A stretch of 61,649 bases of DNA, the filler included, from Choristocarpus tenellus KU-1152 (lineage: Eukaryota > Protista > Phaeophyceae): assembly GCA_964200185.2 (NCBI GenBank). It is 10 parts of 10 records of this genome, joined end to end, with 100 filler letters (N's around TTAATTAATTAA, not from the genome) between each part and the next. Parts side by side here need not be neighbours in the genome. Positions count along the whole stretch, not along the records: positions 33,490 to 37,789 come from CAXNAD020015224.1; positions 37,890 to 43,472 come from CAXNAD020010348.1; positions 43,573 to 50,652 come from CAXNAD020006739.1; positions 50,753 to 54,832 come from CAXNAD020016322.1; 6 more parts are not named here. The stretch is one strand, 5' to 3'. The notes beneath the pieces are model-generated. The model was not told where the DNA came from. It ran no database searches and was given only the letters and a program-made list of their open reading frames with translations. Shown here piece by piece: positions 37,069 through 50,819 of this stretch; the first letter of the stretch is position 1, and every line of letters starts with the position of its first letter. Made by a program: the position numbers and the translations under genes.

Positions 37069-38326
37069 ATGACTGTTACACTATAGGAAATACATCATAC
37101 TTCAAAGTAACAAATATATTGCTTGTTCCAACTATCTATATCTTGATTTTCAATTTTCGGGCCTGCACTACTATAATATGTCACACACTGTTACAAGTTT
37201 CCTACCATCATGTATGCACACTAGTTGTACACATTCATATCTATTCACCTAACAAAAACACTAAACACGTATTCAGGGCTAGGGAAATTACTCCAACACG
37301 ACATATGAGGAGAGACAAACAAAAATGTGCTCAGTCTGTATGTAAAGAAAGTGATCAATCAAGAAGTACTACTGTATGAACAGTATTCTCACAAAAAAAG
37401 CACAATTCATCGTTTTGACTGTTACATAACTTTGACACTACATTCAACAAGAGCAATCAAAACCATGTAATGTTGAAACCATTGAAAAAATAAGCTGATT
37501 TATGGCGTTTCTAGGGGTAATATTTTCAACTGTCTAATGAATGGCACGATTGACAACAAGCACTCTCTTTATACCCAATTATTTCTACGCATAGACAAAC
37601 GGACCATATGTCGATGATCAACTGGTCAGGCGGCTCTTTGTTTGACATTGACTGCATAGAGCCAGTCCTTGTGTTTCGTACCGCAAAAAGAACCTATCCC
37701 TGGCATTTGCAATAGAGTATATACCCACACACAAACATAATACATACCCACATATTCCTATTAAATATTGGAGTACGAGTATCTGGGGGNNNNNNNNNNN
37801 NNNNNNNNNNNNNNNNNNNNNNNNNNNNNNNNNTTAATTAATTAANNNNNNNNNNNNNNNNNNNNNNNNNNNNNNNNNNNNNNNNNNNNTGCGGAAGGAG
37901 AAGGTGGGGGCGGGTTACGGGGGAGAAAAGAAAAGAGAAGACCATTTTCTTTATGTTTCATTTTCTCCTTCTCCTGGATGGTTAAGCATTCCAAGTATTT
38001 TCAAACGTCTGTGGTTGGCCAATGAAACGCATGGAATCCTGTCAATAGGATCACCTCTCCTCCCAATAATAATTGTGTGGAACTACAACTATCATACTTT
38101 ATTTAAATTAAACTATACACTGCAAAAAAAGCAAATATAAATATATAATATATAAATACATACATATATAGAGAGAGACATTTTTTTTTGGTGTGCCTGA
38201 TGATTTCCTACCAGGGTCGGCTTGTGGTACAACTACATAACAATAGATAAATGTGTTTGTAGTTAAAGTTTATGGCCATGATAGTAGTAGCAAATTAGAG
38301 CCATCAAAATGGACATGTGTAGGAAT

Positions 38327-38610
38327 GCATGAACATGAACATGAACATGAATACAAACATGACTACAAACATAAATACAAACATGAGCATGAACATGAAC
38401 ATGAATACAAACATGATTACAAACATGATTACAAACATGAACATGAATATAAACATGAATACAAACATGAACATGAACATGAACATGAATACAAACATAA
38501 ATACAAACATGAACATGAACATGAACATGAACATGAATACAAACATGAATACAGACATAAATACAAACATGAACATGAACATGAATATAAACACGAATAC
38601 AAACATGAAC
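38327..38610. repeat. Hexamer microsatellite mosaic (CATGAA/TACAAA)
   Basis: Read directly; it accounts for the low-complexity ORFs in several frames. Confidence 0.95.
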
Positions 38611-39019
38611 ACTCAAGTACACAATCGCCATGCTTGTGCGTTCTCGTGCGCAGACTTGCGGCGATTTTTTTTTCTAACAAAAAAAAAAGAAGACTAATGT
38701 ATTGTGACAGTAGTGGGACTACTCACACACACACAAAGAATATTATATTATTTTTTTTGTGGACAGAGTAACCTCAACTTCAACTCAGTAAAAAAGGCAA
38801 GGGGGAAAGGTTGGGTTTGGAAGTGTGCAAACAACTAACTCATGGGTGTGGTCAGTGAAATTTGTTTAAAGAGTTGCACTCTTTGAATCACCATCACTAC
38901 TATATTCTTACAATAATACAAAAAATAATAAAAAATCTAGTTTGGAATATTATGTAGAAAAAGACTCGCCACATAGAAAACAAATTGAACTACTAGTGCA
39001 TTTACATACCGCTACTATA

Positions 39020-39207
39020 TAAACAATAACAATAATAATACTACTAATACTACTACTAATACTACTACTAATAACAATAATACTAATAATACTACTACTA
39101 ACAATAATAATAATAACAATAATAATACTACTACTACTAATAACAATACTACTACTACTACTACTACTAATAATACTAATACTACTAAAAATAACAATAA
39201 TAATAAT
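39020..39207. repeat. Trinucleotide microsatellite mosaic (AAT/ACT/AAC)
   Basis: Read directly. Confidence 0.95.
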
Positions 39208-40048
39208 TAAGAGTAATACCGACTGAAAGTTAGGGTTAGGGTTATGTATTGAGGTTCCCGAGAAGGGTCAAAGAGAGGAAATTTTGTACAATTGTAAGAA
39301 AGAGCCTTTACTTGATCGTGATGATGTCATTTGGTGTCACTTGGTGTGTGTGGAAAGGAGGAACATCCATTTTATTAATACTATTATCATTATTTCATTT
39401 GGTGAAAGCTATTATTTGGCAAACAAGCCAATGAAATAATTAGAGCGCACTCCACACAGGGACAGGGAAAGAGAGAAAATATGGCTTAACCCTAACCCTA
39501 AGATGGCTCAGAGTAGAGTGCAAAAGGGTCCAAATCTGCCTAACCTCTCAATTGGTTCAGACCTGAAGAGTTTATATATATATATATATAGAGAGAGAGA
39601 GGCGGGTTCAGGCGATAAGTGAAGAGTCAAAAGGGAAGCTGTGATTCATGCAATGACTTACTCATCTATCAGATCCAAAATAAAAATAAAAACAAAAATT
39701 GCACTACTTCTCTTCAGTGTGTTGTGTTGTTATGAACATACTTCAAACCTTACTTAAATCAAACAAAAAAAAAACAATAAAAAAAACGAAATCACTTAGC
39801 CTAACTGGCTATAAGTATGTATATATAAAAAAAAGAAAGTTATCTCATCGATAAAAAAAAAATACGGAAAAAATAATAATAAAAAATTTCTGACTCGTTG
39901 CATGCACATAATCTCTCTCAGCATATATATATATAGAATGAGTTGGGGGTATGAGACAACCTTACATACAACACACGTACAAACGCCTTGAGCACAATAC
40001 AAACACCTCAAGCATATCTACAAAAGCCTTGAGCACACATACAAACAC

Positions 40049-41118
40049 CTGAAAGGTGAAGGAAGCCTCAGGCAGGGTCCCATGACTTCCATGATTCCCA
40101 TATGCCATTGTGCTGTGATTGGCAAGAATACTGTGCCGTGATTGATCAACCTTGACCAGACACTTGTCTTGAACACCCTCCCTTGATTGCTGTAGGGTTA
40201 GGGTCATCGACTGCGGTTCTTGTAAGAGCGGAGGCGTGTGTGGTCTCCTTGGGCAGAGTCGGATCACTCCGAGGTCCATCTGACAGTTACAAAACAAAAG
40301 AACGTATACGCAAAAGGTCTCAGTGGACACAAATTGGTCATAGGTAGGTAGATAGGTAGATAGATACGTTGAGTTAATTTTGGTACTAAAGTATTCACAA
40401 ACATAGGACTCATCATAAAAAATAAATAATATTATGCAGAATACAAGGTAATCTCTACATATAACACTGAAAAAAAAGAAGCTAAAAAAATAATAAAAAT
40501 CATGTAGGGTACTGCTGTACATGGCGTGCGTCTGTGCACCACAAGTCTAAACATGACCACTATTATTATTTTTTAATTATAATTATTATTATATGTTTAT
40601 TACAGTGTCACACTTAGGGTTAGGGATGGGAAACACTCAGCAACAACTAACTTACCTAACTCTAACCTCTCTGCCTCACTCACAAGCAACAATAACAATA
40701 ACAATAATAATAACTCCAACCACAACAGAGTAAAACTCAAGAGGAACGACCTGTAACACCACAACCCCCAATATATAGAGAGTACCTGGAGAAGCTGTAC
40801 TAAGCTGTCCTTGTAGTAAACCACAGCTTGTACACTACTAACCCTAACCCTATGGCAACAACCTTCCAAGCACCCAATGCCAACAGACAATAATAGATGC
40901 AATACGACCCCGACTCACCAGAACCCCCACCGCCATCCCATCACCCTCAAAAACCTCCAGCACCTCCGCCAGGGACAGCCTCCCTCCATTCCTCGACAAC
41001 ATCCCCATCAAGAGCAGCAGATGCGGCAGCTTTCCCTCCGACGGAAAATGATCAGAAATTTCTGGTGGCAGCAGGCGAGGCGGGAACCTGGCCAGGACGA
41101 ATCCAGCATGCTGACCAC
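40049..41118 (-). CDS. Two candidate internal exons of an unknown protein (41118-40919 and 40279-40049)
   Basis: AG/GT-bounded, GC-richer, joining in frame: ...LSLAEVLEVFEGDGMAVGVL|MDLGVIRLCPRRPH... No family recognised. Confidence 0.45.
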
Positions 41119-42469
41119 CTATAGTAGAGGTGGATGATCTTCTCTGAGTGTTGTTACTATCCCTATCCCCATTGGTCGAGACTTGATGTCCTTGAGTGTT
41201 CGCATTTTGTACCTCTACCGCCGACAGATTCCCTTCCCCCCCCCCCTGCTGAACAAAATCTTGTCCAGAAATTTCCTGTGGCCGGCCTTCAGGAACGTTC
41301 CGGGCGTGAGCGGACGAGCCCTATGCGTGGAGTGAGGGTTAGGGTTAGGGTAAAGGTGAGAGTTTAGTTGTGTGGGCAAGTGTGGGGGATGTACAATGAC
41401 ATACAAACATAGTATGCAACATAGTACGTGGTGATTGGTTGTAACTCACATCTGAACAGAAAACAGAAAAAATGCATGCCCTAACCCTAACCCTAACCCT
41501 AACTCTAATGCATAATACATATATATATATATATATATATATGTATGCATGTAAATAATAATAACAATATATATACATACGCACGCACACACACACACAC
41601 ACACATAATGCATAGTAGACAAAAGCTACGGTGGGGTATCCATGGCTTGGAACTACAATTATTGAACTACAATAATTGACATGAGTCAATCGCTTGATAT
41701 TCTTGGGTCAAGCTGCGTGTTTTCAGAAGGGGGGTGGGGATTGAGGGGGAGCAGAGAAAAGGAGGATGAAGTGACAGTGACGGGATGCCTTTGGTTGTAA
41801 TAGTGAACACAATTGAGCTGCCTTCTTTGTGACTACTCTTACTGAATACCAAACTTCATCAAAACCACACTCAAACCCAAGCCTAAGTTGATAGTGTAAC
41901 ATAACTAGCCAACTTCAACTTTGGTTGTGATCTGATCACCGCAATCATGTTGATTAAGTTTTTCATCGATATCACACCATATTCAATTATTTTATCAATA
42001 TTAAAATCACAATCAAACTATCGCGATCGCACTTATCAACTTATCAACTTATCAACAATCAGTTCCTTCTCATACTATCTTATGCCCACTGACATTAATT
42101 TCATTCACCAGATAGAGTGCAGAGTATACAGTATATAGTACACAGTATATAGTATACAGTATATAGCGTTGGACAGTGCCCCAGCACAGAATACCATATT
42201 CACGCCACAATCCTGGTTGATGGTGAAGGGACTCCCCTCCTCCGGGTCGCAAGGGATGGATGCCCATCCTTCTCCAGACACTTACTACTAAGTTCCTAAT
42301 TATTATTATTTTCCGCTGAGGTGGTATATTGTCATTTTTATCGCAATCATGCAAATAAAAAATATGAAGAGAAATATTTTACTAGAAAGTACTCCTCACT
42401 CTTCACTCCCCAAACCACCCCCCCCCCCCCTCTTCCTGTATCTCCCTTTAAATTCTAAATGCCAGGACA

Positions 42470-42716
42470 ATACTCTACCAATGATCTACCAATACTCTAC
42501 CAATAATCTACCAATGCTCTATCAATACTCTACCAATAATCTACTAATACTCTACCAATGCTCTATCAATACCAATACTCTATCAATACTCTACCAATAC
42601 TCTACTAATACTCTACCAATGCTCTATCAATACCAATACTCTATCAATACTCTACCAATAATCTACTAATACTCTACCAATACCAATACTCTATCAATAC
42701 TCTACTAATACTCTAC
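42470..42716. repeat. ~11-bp minisatellite (CAATACTCTAC variants)
   Basis: Read directly. Confidence 0.9.
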
Positions 42717-43374
42717 CTAGGCCCAAACCAAACGAACAACACACTCTATCAATTCCAATCATAGCAGGAACACCAACCTCCTCCCCCCAGGGCTCCAGGG
42801 CGATACAGAGTGCCACAGAGCATTTCACCCTGCCTTGAAACGGATACCAATCACAGCAGTAATATCAACTTCCCCCAAGTACTCCAGGGTGCTACAGAGC
42901 ACCACAGAGCATTTCACCCCGCCTCGAGACGGGTCGCTTGCCTGCTGGGATGGCTGTACCCCTAGCATGACTTCCACGGCAGAGCCTGCCCGTTCCCATG
43001 TACCCAGCACCACCTTCACCATGGCTTGTTCAAGAGTGACCTGTCGTTGTGACACCTGTTGAGTGTCCCCCTCATTCCTCTCAGATGGTAGATGTGGAGT
43101 GAGAGATGATGCTAGCCTTGCCTCCATCAGCCTGTTATTGCATAGGTGAGGGGGTTTCATCGATTGAACATAGTTTTTCAGTTACAACTTGGGAGGGTTA
43201 TTCAACGAGATGAATCACCTTTTTATATTTTTTATTTTTACTATTGATATTGATATTGTTAATATTGATGTTGGTATTGGTTGTAAGAGCAGTTAGCTCA
43301 TGCAGTAGACATCGTTGGGGATGTATGTATGCTCCTGTTTCACTCTATACCTCCCACTGTACTTTATATTAGAC

Positions 43375-43472
43375 GGGTCAAAGTATCTGGGGGGGGGGGT
43401 GGCGGCTGTCCATTTGGCGCCAATTTTTTCATGTCGCAACTTTTGTGTGATTTGGTTCCATACTTTGTGTGG
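43375..43472. mobile_element. MITE family A, partial at contig end; a terminal fragment also lies at 43573-43661
   Basis: gggtcaaagtatctggggg...gtggcggctgtccatttgg; ccccagatactttgggc after the spacer. Confidence 0.8.
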
Positions 43473-43614
43473 NNNNNNNNNNNNNNNNNNNNNNNNNNNN
43501 NNNNNNNNNNNNNNNNTTAATTAATTAANNNNNNNNNNNNNNNNNNNNNNNNNNNNNNNNNNNNNNNNNNNNCCCCCCCCCCCCCCCCCCCCTCCCTCCC
43601 CCCCCCCCCCGCCC

Positions 43615-43648
<34 letters not shown>

Positions 43649-44289
43649 AGATACTTTGGGCGAATTAGAAATCTGTGGTCCCTGGAGCAGTATGACCATA
43701 ATCATCTACCCTCACTGAGAAGAGTAATTCCACTTAGGCTCTTTCTCAACAGTTTTTTTCTCAGTCCAACCACACTGCCGACTAAACAGAAGTCCCATTT
43801 AAACGGCTGATCGGAACAACTCCAAGAAACAAAAGAGTGTTTGAAGGCATTGGTTCTAGTTCTATATCTGTGCTCATGCTCATGTCCCCCGAGGTACTAC
43901 ATCTCCTCTTCAGAGGCATACTAACACAGAGAGGTGACGTTTTTTGAGCTCTTTTTTGTATCTTGATTTTACATTCTCTTCTGCCTGGCGTTTAATTTAT
44001 CATGCCCAAAATGCAGCAAATCCCCCCTAGGAGGCTGTGGACGTAGAAGAAGAGGCAACACGTTCTTCACCATAAGCTCAATATCGTCCTCAAGAGTGCT
44101 AGAACCACACCCACATGGCCAACGGCAGTCACAGGGTCCCCATGCACTCAACGCCCCTCCCTGTGATAGGACTGCCTATTGATATCCTCCCGCCTTCCAA
44201 TCCACAACGGTGGTGTCTTCACTACACACCCACTGTTATACCCAGTTTCTATTCCACGTCCCGTCCCTCTGGTCCCTCCCCCTCCTTGC

Positions 44290-46132
44290 CTGCACCAATC
44301 CTCTCTCCAGAGCAACGCAGAGCGTGGGTACCTCCTGGTGAAGGTGGCCCTCTGCACCGTCATACCAATCGATCCCCGCCACCTTCATAGAAGGAGCGCT
44401 TCTCCCGTCCCCTTCCTTTTTGTCTCCTCTTATGTCACCAATATCCTCGTCATCCTCCTCGTCGTCATCATCTTCCTTCCCCGAGTGCCTGCCACCACCC
44501 CCTATCCTAGCGTTGGACTCGGCAGCAAGGCGGGAGAGAGCAGGTAGGGCCATAGTCCTTATTTGCTTGCCCTGGGCATCGTAGATCAACACCTCTCCAG
44601 CCATAGTTACAAACAGTATCCTGTGGTGTGGATGTGAAGCAGGTGGGCATGGGACACTTGCAGTTGGATTGCAGAGTGAGTAGTGAGCGAGTGTAGGCCA
44701 CGTTACCAACAGCGGTGCATAGCGATACCGTTGATTTTTTTTTTTAGTAGCGGACATACGCACTGTTTTTTTAGTGTGCAATAAATACCTCAAAAACACA
44801 TGACCAACTGTAAGTCTATCTAGAAATTGTTGAGAAAGTCTTGCGCAATAGCCTTGAGATTGTAGAAAAAGCGGAGGTCTATTGTGTGTGTGACTTTTAC
44901 TTTGAAAAGCTCTTGGTGCAATCTTAGATACTGATCTTGCCTTCGACCATCTGGTGACCATTCCACGTTTTGCAGCCCTGTCTCAAGCTCTTTCCCCCAG
45001 AGTCTGTTGCCATCCACTGACCCGACAATAACTGCCCCATCCTGATAAATTATGCATATTTTCTGACCATTGCTGGTCCACTGGAAGTCAAATAGGGAGA
45101 TCCTGAATGAGCATGAGGAGTATGGGTGCTAGGGAAAAACACTGACACAAACGGTTGGGTCAAGGAGATTCTTCAGTGTATTCCCTGGGAGTCATAGCTT
45201 GGTTATGGTGCAAACTTTCCTGCAAAGACATTGCCTCACAGCCCACTTTCAAGTCACTGCTATTGTTTTTCACCTTCATATCTTGCACTGCAGACTTGTT
45301 TCTGTTGTTGATCATCTCCTCAAACCACAACCCTTTGTGTAGCATCCAAACGATAATGAGCCCTAGCTCGTCACATGTGGTGAGCTTTGAGTATGTCGCA
45401 TTCCACGTCACACAAACCTGTTCGACGAAGAATGAGGATAGCAGAGTACAATGAAACAGAAGGACATAGATGGCCAGAAATATCGACTGCAATACATTTA
45501 TACTATATGCAAGGATTTTACTCACCACGGATCCATCGTGGCCTTCAAGAGTCTGATTCATGCTAAGATTTGAAGCTGCCGCTCCGCCCCCACCGTTTCT
45601 TCCTCCATCCCCTGCAGTCATCTTGGTATGTTTTCTCCCTGTAGCTCCCTCAAGTTTGAGGACCTTTAACGAAGTATGAGTGGAGAATATCCTTGGCAAT
45701 CAATGCGTATGAACCAGTGGCTCAATATCCAGGTGTTGTGCCATGGCCTTGTAGGTAAAGAGATACCTTAGGGCGGATCTAATGGAACTCTTCGCTAGGG
45801 TTTATTGGGAAGATATTCTATGATCAATGAATTTTCTTCAATGAGGTGCTATTCATTAAAGAGAAAACCCTGACTCATGGAGGAAATACTCTGGACGTCC
45901 TTTATCCCTAGGTGTAAGCATTCTACCCACCAAAAGGCATTATGGGATTCAAATATGATGTCATTAGGGTACTCCACCGCAAGCCTAGGGCTGTACAAAG
46001 ATCTTTTTCATAAACCTTGGTGAGTCCACTTGATCCACCACACGCTATCCATCCTTGCACTGGGTTCCACGCTAAGCTATGAAGTTTCGTCCCATTGGGA
46101 ATAGCGATTTTCTTGGTCAGATAAATGAACAT
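44290..46132 (-). CDS. WDR35: WD repeat-containing protein 35 / IFT121 (IFT-A), 5' portion. Exons 46132-46016, 45663-45526, 45417-45274, 45080-44941, 44620-~44290
   Basis: [13 protein letters not shown]...[65 protein letters not shown] and [10 protein letters not shown] are characteristic of the WDR35 N-terminus. Exons join in frame. Confidence 0.96.
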
Positions 46133-46451
46133 ACTCTCCTCAGAATCCTAGAAATGGGGAGGAAACGTATATTGGCATATGATCGGGAGTCGTGTTTAGG
46201 GTGGAAGAGATGCCTTTTTACTGTTAATAAATATATCCAATATCGGTTACAACAATCAAAACGCCTTCACAGAAAGAAAACTACACAAAATGTTTTTTGA
46301 TTGCAGAGTTATTGAGGAAACGGGTTGGAACAATCCCTTCTTAGTGCCTGGTGTACGGCTGACAAGTCGTAGTTCCGTTAGGCACTGCAATCCTGCGGGA
46401 AGAGAATCGTTAGGGAGAAGGGTTGCGAATTTGTCCCAATTGACGTCGGTC
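46133..46451. promoter_or_regulatory. Putative bidirectional promoter/5'UTRs between WDR35 and GRASP (319 bp between start codons)
   Basis: Divergent ATGs at 46132 (-) and 46452 (+) on the same contig. Confidence 0.65.
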
Positions 46452-49400
46452 ATGGGAAATGGTCAAAGCGCCGCTGAGGAAGAATGTGTTGGGTACCGCG
46501 TGTTAGGTGTGCAACCCAATTCGCCCGCTTCGGAGGTGGGACTGGTGTCATTTTTTGACTTCATCGTGGCTGCAAATGGTGAGGAAAGAGTCTTTGGTAG
46601 GAAACATGTAATTTGGTGGTTTGGCCTGTTTGAGTGGGTATGTTCTTCCACAACAAGTTTTTTGGAAGACGTCCGTACCGAACGTTTTTCCTGCTGATGA
46701 ATCAGCATCTCCCAAGTGTCAAGGACGACGGGATGTATTAAAGGAAATCATGAAGGATTGGGCGGTATGGGGTCTGAGACCAATTACAAGGGATGAGGTA
46801 CCCTGCTCTTCTTCATCGCCTAGCATGTCAGGTCTCCCCTGTACACGATACATTCTGGAACCCTACGGTACCTAAGGCTTCTTGGGGGGAGTCTAGTTTC
46901 GATTGAGTATTACTTTCTTGTTTGCACGACGTGCATTATATGGACGTCTTTTGTTTGAGAGTTCGATCCCATCCTTGGAAGACTACTCGACCTTTTCGAC
47001 CCAACCCCTCTCCTTACGTCCTTTGGGCAGGCTTGCCTCTGAAGACGTTGGACAATAGTTTCATTGAGACGATCAAGTCCTCTGTCGACCAACCTCTGCC
47101 CCTGACAGTCTTCAACTACAAGTCGGGGACGGAGAGGTGACCGCGATAATGGGATACCCTGTCAAGTTGCTACCCTTTATGGGGGTGTTGCCTAGTGGAA
47201 CAAGTTTTAAGGAGCAAAGGCCGTGTATTTTGTAGTTGGTATTCAGGATTGGGATTTATGAGTACTTCTAAGGCATTCCCCACATGTGTCATCACCATGC
47301 AGTACAAAGACAATACATCCAGGTTGGGGTTACATCTTGCGTTTAGATTGTTACACCCTATACATTCAAATGGTCCGATCTATCACTCATTTTTTACATC
47401 TAAAGAGTAGTATGTTTTGTGGTGAGGGCTAGGTTTGATGCTCCCCGGGTGATTAGGGTTAGGGAAAAAGTAAATCGAAGTGGAGTTCTGACAGCTTTGA
47501 TTCTTTGAGTTGGTATATTGTTTTTTTTGTGAACATGCATGTGAGTGGAAGGCAGTTATGTGGGAAGGATGATGGGCAGTGCTCTGAGGTAGGGGTATCA
47601 GAAGAAAGTTCTGCCGTAACAATTTTTTGCTAATTCTCTTGTGGTGAATGATGCTTGCTGACATTTAGAATTGGGGTGATTTGTCCCACCTGCGTGGAAG
47701 GCGTGTTGCAGAGCTGAAGTCGGAATATTGCGTAGCTCTTGTTCTAGAAGATGTTACGCACTCTTGTCAAATTGACTGTTGCTTTTATCGACTCTTCTGT
47801 TGCTAGAATAGCCTTTGAGCAACAGGAGTAACAGATAGCATTCCGAGTGATTAATTAATGTCGCTCATTCCTACAGCAGCTAGTGAGTCATTTATTGTGA
47901 AGTGATTCCTTCCCATAGTAGGGTTAGGGTTAGGGTCACCATAGTAGGCTGAAGTAAGCGACCCCTCTGTACTGCCGCAATGTGCCTGCTTCCCTACGAC
48001 CTTGCCAAAGAGGAAGCCATCTGAAGAGTGACAAATCCCAGTCAACATCCCCTAATCAACACCCGCTTGGTACTAACCAACCAGTCATCAAGATTGTTTC
48101 AAGATTTTAACATCGGAATAGAACATAAATAGTGTTCTTTTACCCACCCCTCACAGTTGGTGTGGTCTTGCTCCCTTCAAGACTCCATCACAAGAATAAA
48201 ACCGTAATTCTAACCCCCTACATAGGTGTCTCCTTGTTCCCTCTTCCCCTTCACTACTCCCCTCTTGCCCTTCTATTCTACACATGCAACTCATGCTTCA
48301 TTGCCAATTGTTCACAAGTGTTTGTGCTCCTCTTTTGCATATGCTCTGTATGGTTGTCCTGGATGTATCCTGTTCCTCTGTCCTCTCTCCTCACTGTCCC
48401 ATGGGTCCGTGGGTGTGTGTTGGTGCCTTCATAGGGATGTCACTATCACCCCTTCAAGAACATGGGGGGGGCAGGGCATGTTGGGAGTAACCATACGTTT
48501 TGACTCCTACTTCAACGCTGACGATAACCTCGTTCGAGTCTTAGCAGTAGCCCCAAGATCCCCAGCACAGATAGCAGGGCTTCGGGAGGAAGAGGACTAC
48601 TTGCTTGGCACTGCAGAGAGGGTGAGCTAAGCTGAACCAGGGACAAGTCCTCGGGTGGGGGTCTGAAAATGATGTCAACATATGAGAAGGAGGGGACTTG
48701 TGTTGTCCATCTGAACGAAAAGTACCGTTTCGGTGCCTTGGATCACACCTCATATCATGCCTTGCATTTTTCCATGATATTGGTTGGTGATGATTGTTGT
48801 ATTAATGATAGTTTTCGTGCAAATAAGTAGGTTGGTTCTGAGACCAAGTACGGTGACTCCTCACCTGCCCCACTTGATCACAGGAACAATTATACCTTTA
48901 TTCTATGGCGTGTGTGGTGTGTCCGGCTCCTGGAGGAGATTATACCCCCTCAACGAATTGTTCAGATTTCATGGTTTGTTGGGGTTGTTTTACCCATCCT
49001 CTGATTTTGTACTTCTCTACTATTTCTTATTTGTGCAGGTGTTCAAGGATCCAGACATTCTTTTCGAGGAAGTCGTGTCCCACCTTGAACAGCCAATGGA
49101 GTTCTATGTGTACAACACCAAGACAGACCAGGTGCTGTTGACCATGAAGTGTTTGTCTTTTTTTTAATATTTATATATATATATATATATATGTATCGTT
49201 ACTTTTAGTCTGAGGGGGGGTCTAAAAAAAGATGTGAAATGCGGACAAATTGTAGTTGAATTGACAGGCGATATCATCATAGTTGAGAAAATAATAGATA
49301 TTTGATGACAAAGTTAGAATAAGGAGAAGATCTGAATTTAGCTAAGAAGAGATAGTCACCTAAGACAACACCCCCCAGATATACTTTGTTGTTAATGTCA

Positions 49401-50652
49401 CCCAATGACTGGGAATCATTAATGTTGTTAGCATTGCCAGCTCCTATTATAGAAGTATTAATTGTGCACAAATTGAGACATACCTACAGGAGATGTTGCC
49501 ATTACAGTGGTACATTTTTTTAGTGTACTATATGATACTCATTTTTTTTATTAAGTGAGATGAGTATCAAGTAAAGTTGAGGTAAGGGTGGGGTGTGTAT
49601 GAATAGGTGACACACCTGGAGTGAGTTGGTTCATCTGAATCTCCAGTTGTAAGGAAAACTACTCCAAATATGACTTTGATCATGAATTGCACAAGCAATC
49701 ATTATCACCATCATCTCATGAACATTATGTCTCCATTGTCATACATACAAAGAGCGCAAACGTTCACACAATTGAATACCTAGCTGTGTGAGAATAAAGG
49801 GGTGAGTTGACTCGAGACCACCAGAAAATTCCCTACCTTTTCTCAGCAATTGTAGTTATGGAGAAAATCAGCTATCTATGAAATAGTGTGAAGGTATTGA
49901 TAAGGGGACTGTTGTTGGTAATATGTTGGTAATAGGTGACACGTATTCTGCTATCCCATAAATTTCCCTTTCTGGTACAATTTTAAGTTGCTAAGTAGCT
50001 ATTGTAGGGCAACAAGTGCAAGCGATCAAGTATCACGGGGTTAACATAAGTCAGCCAAGCTTCACTTGATCTCCCTGAGTGAGTACTGTTTTAGGAATAT
50101 GCCCAAAGCTCCCTCAAGAAGAATAGTTCCCCCCCCCCCCTCCAGGAATATCACAATTCTTGATCATTCGTTCATACTGCCATTAATAATACTTTGCATC
50201 GACGTGAACTCTTGTGTCCCAGGTTCGTGTTGTCGTTGTGCTTCCCACTGATCACTGGGGTGGTGAGGGGGCCTTGGGGGCGGAGGTGGGTCACGGATAC
50301 CTTCACCGCCTTCCTGCCAGTTGTCGTGAATCAACAGCAAGTAGCGTTGGCAATGGGATCTCTATTCCTGCCCCAGATGCAACTGGGGGCACCTCTGATT
50401 CTTGGAGAGGGAGTATTGTGGGGGACTCCAAGGGTGAGGTGGTGTCTGATGGGGTGAGCGGTATTGGTTCTCAGATGGAGGAAACAAGCAGGGCAGGACA
50501 GGTTGTAGGAGAGGGAGGTCAGGTGATATTGGAAACCGGGACAGTTGGAGGGGTTGAACTGGCGATGGCACATGGGGGGGGGGATGGGGGGGCAGGTGCT
50601 GGCGGTGCTGGTAATGTGGTAAGGCCGCCGGTAGCAGGGTTATCCAAGACCT
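46452..50652 (+). CDS. GORASP: Golgi reassembly-stacking protein GRASP55/65 (3'-partial). Exons 46452-46578, 47031-47136, 48435-48621, 49039-49131, 50223->50652
   Basis: Myristoylation start MGNGQS. PDZ-like motifs GYRVLGVQPNSPA...FFDFIV, TPSRTWGGQGMLGVTIRF, VAPRSPAQIAGL, YVYNTKTDQVRVV and WGGEGALGAEVGHGYLHRLP. All GT-AG phases are compatible. Confidence 0.96.
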
Positions 50653-50752
50653 NNNNNNNNNNNNNNNNNNNNNNNNNNNNNNNNNNNNNNNNNNNNTTAA
50701 TTAATTAANNNNNNNNNNNNNNNNNNNNNNNNNNNNNNNNNNNNNNNNNNNN

Positions 50753-50816
50753 GAGGGAGCCAAGGCCCAAATGGACAAACAGGGCAAAACTCGTACCCTC
50801 TAGGATACTTTCGCTC
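50753..50816. mobile_element. MITE family B terminal fragment at contig start
   Basis: cccaaatggacaaacagggcaaaactcgtaccctctaggatactttcgctc, nearly identical to 53305-53356. Confidence 0.85.
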
Positions 50817-50819
50817 TGT

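Noticed and set aside
38253-38771. His/Glu/Tyr/Lys-rich protein (HEHEYK)
   Set aside because: Hexamer microsatellite open in several frames on both strands, with no splice or homology support.
42795-43160. Possible RLE-LINE zinc-knuckle remnant or gene
   Set aside because: Key Cys/His residues are not recognisable; insufficient support.
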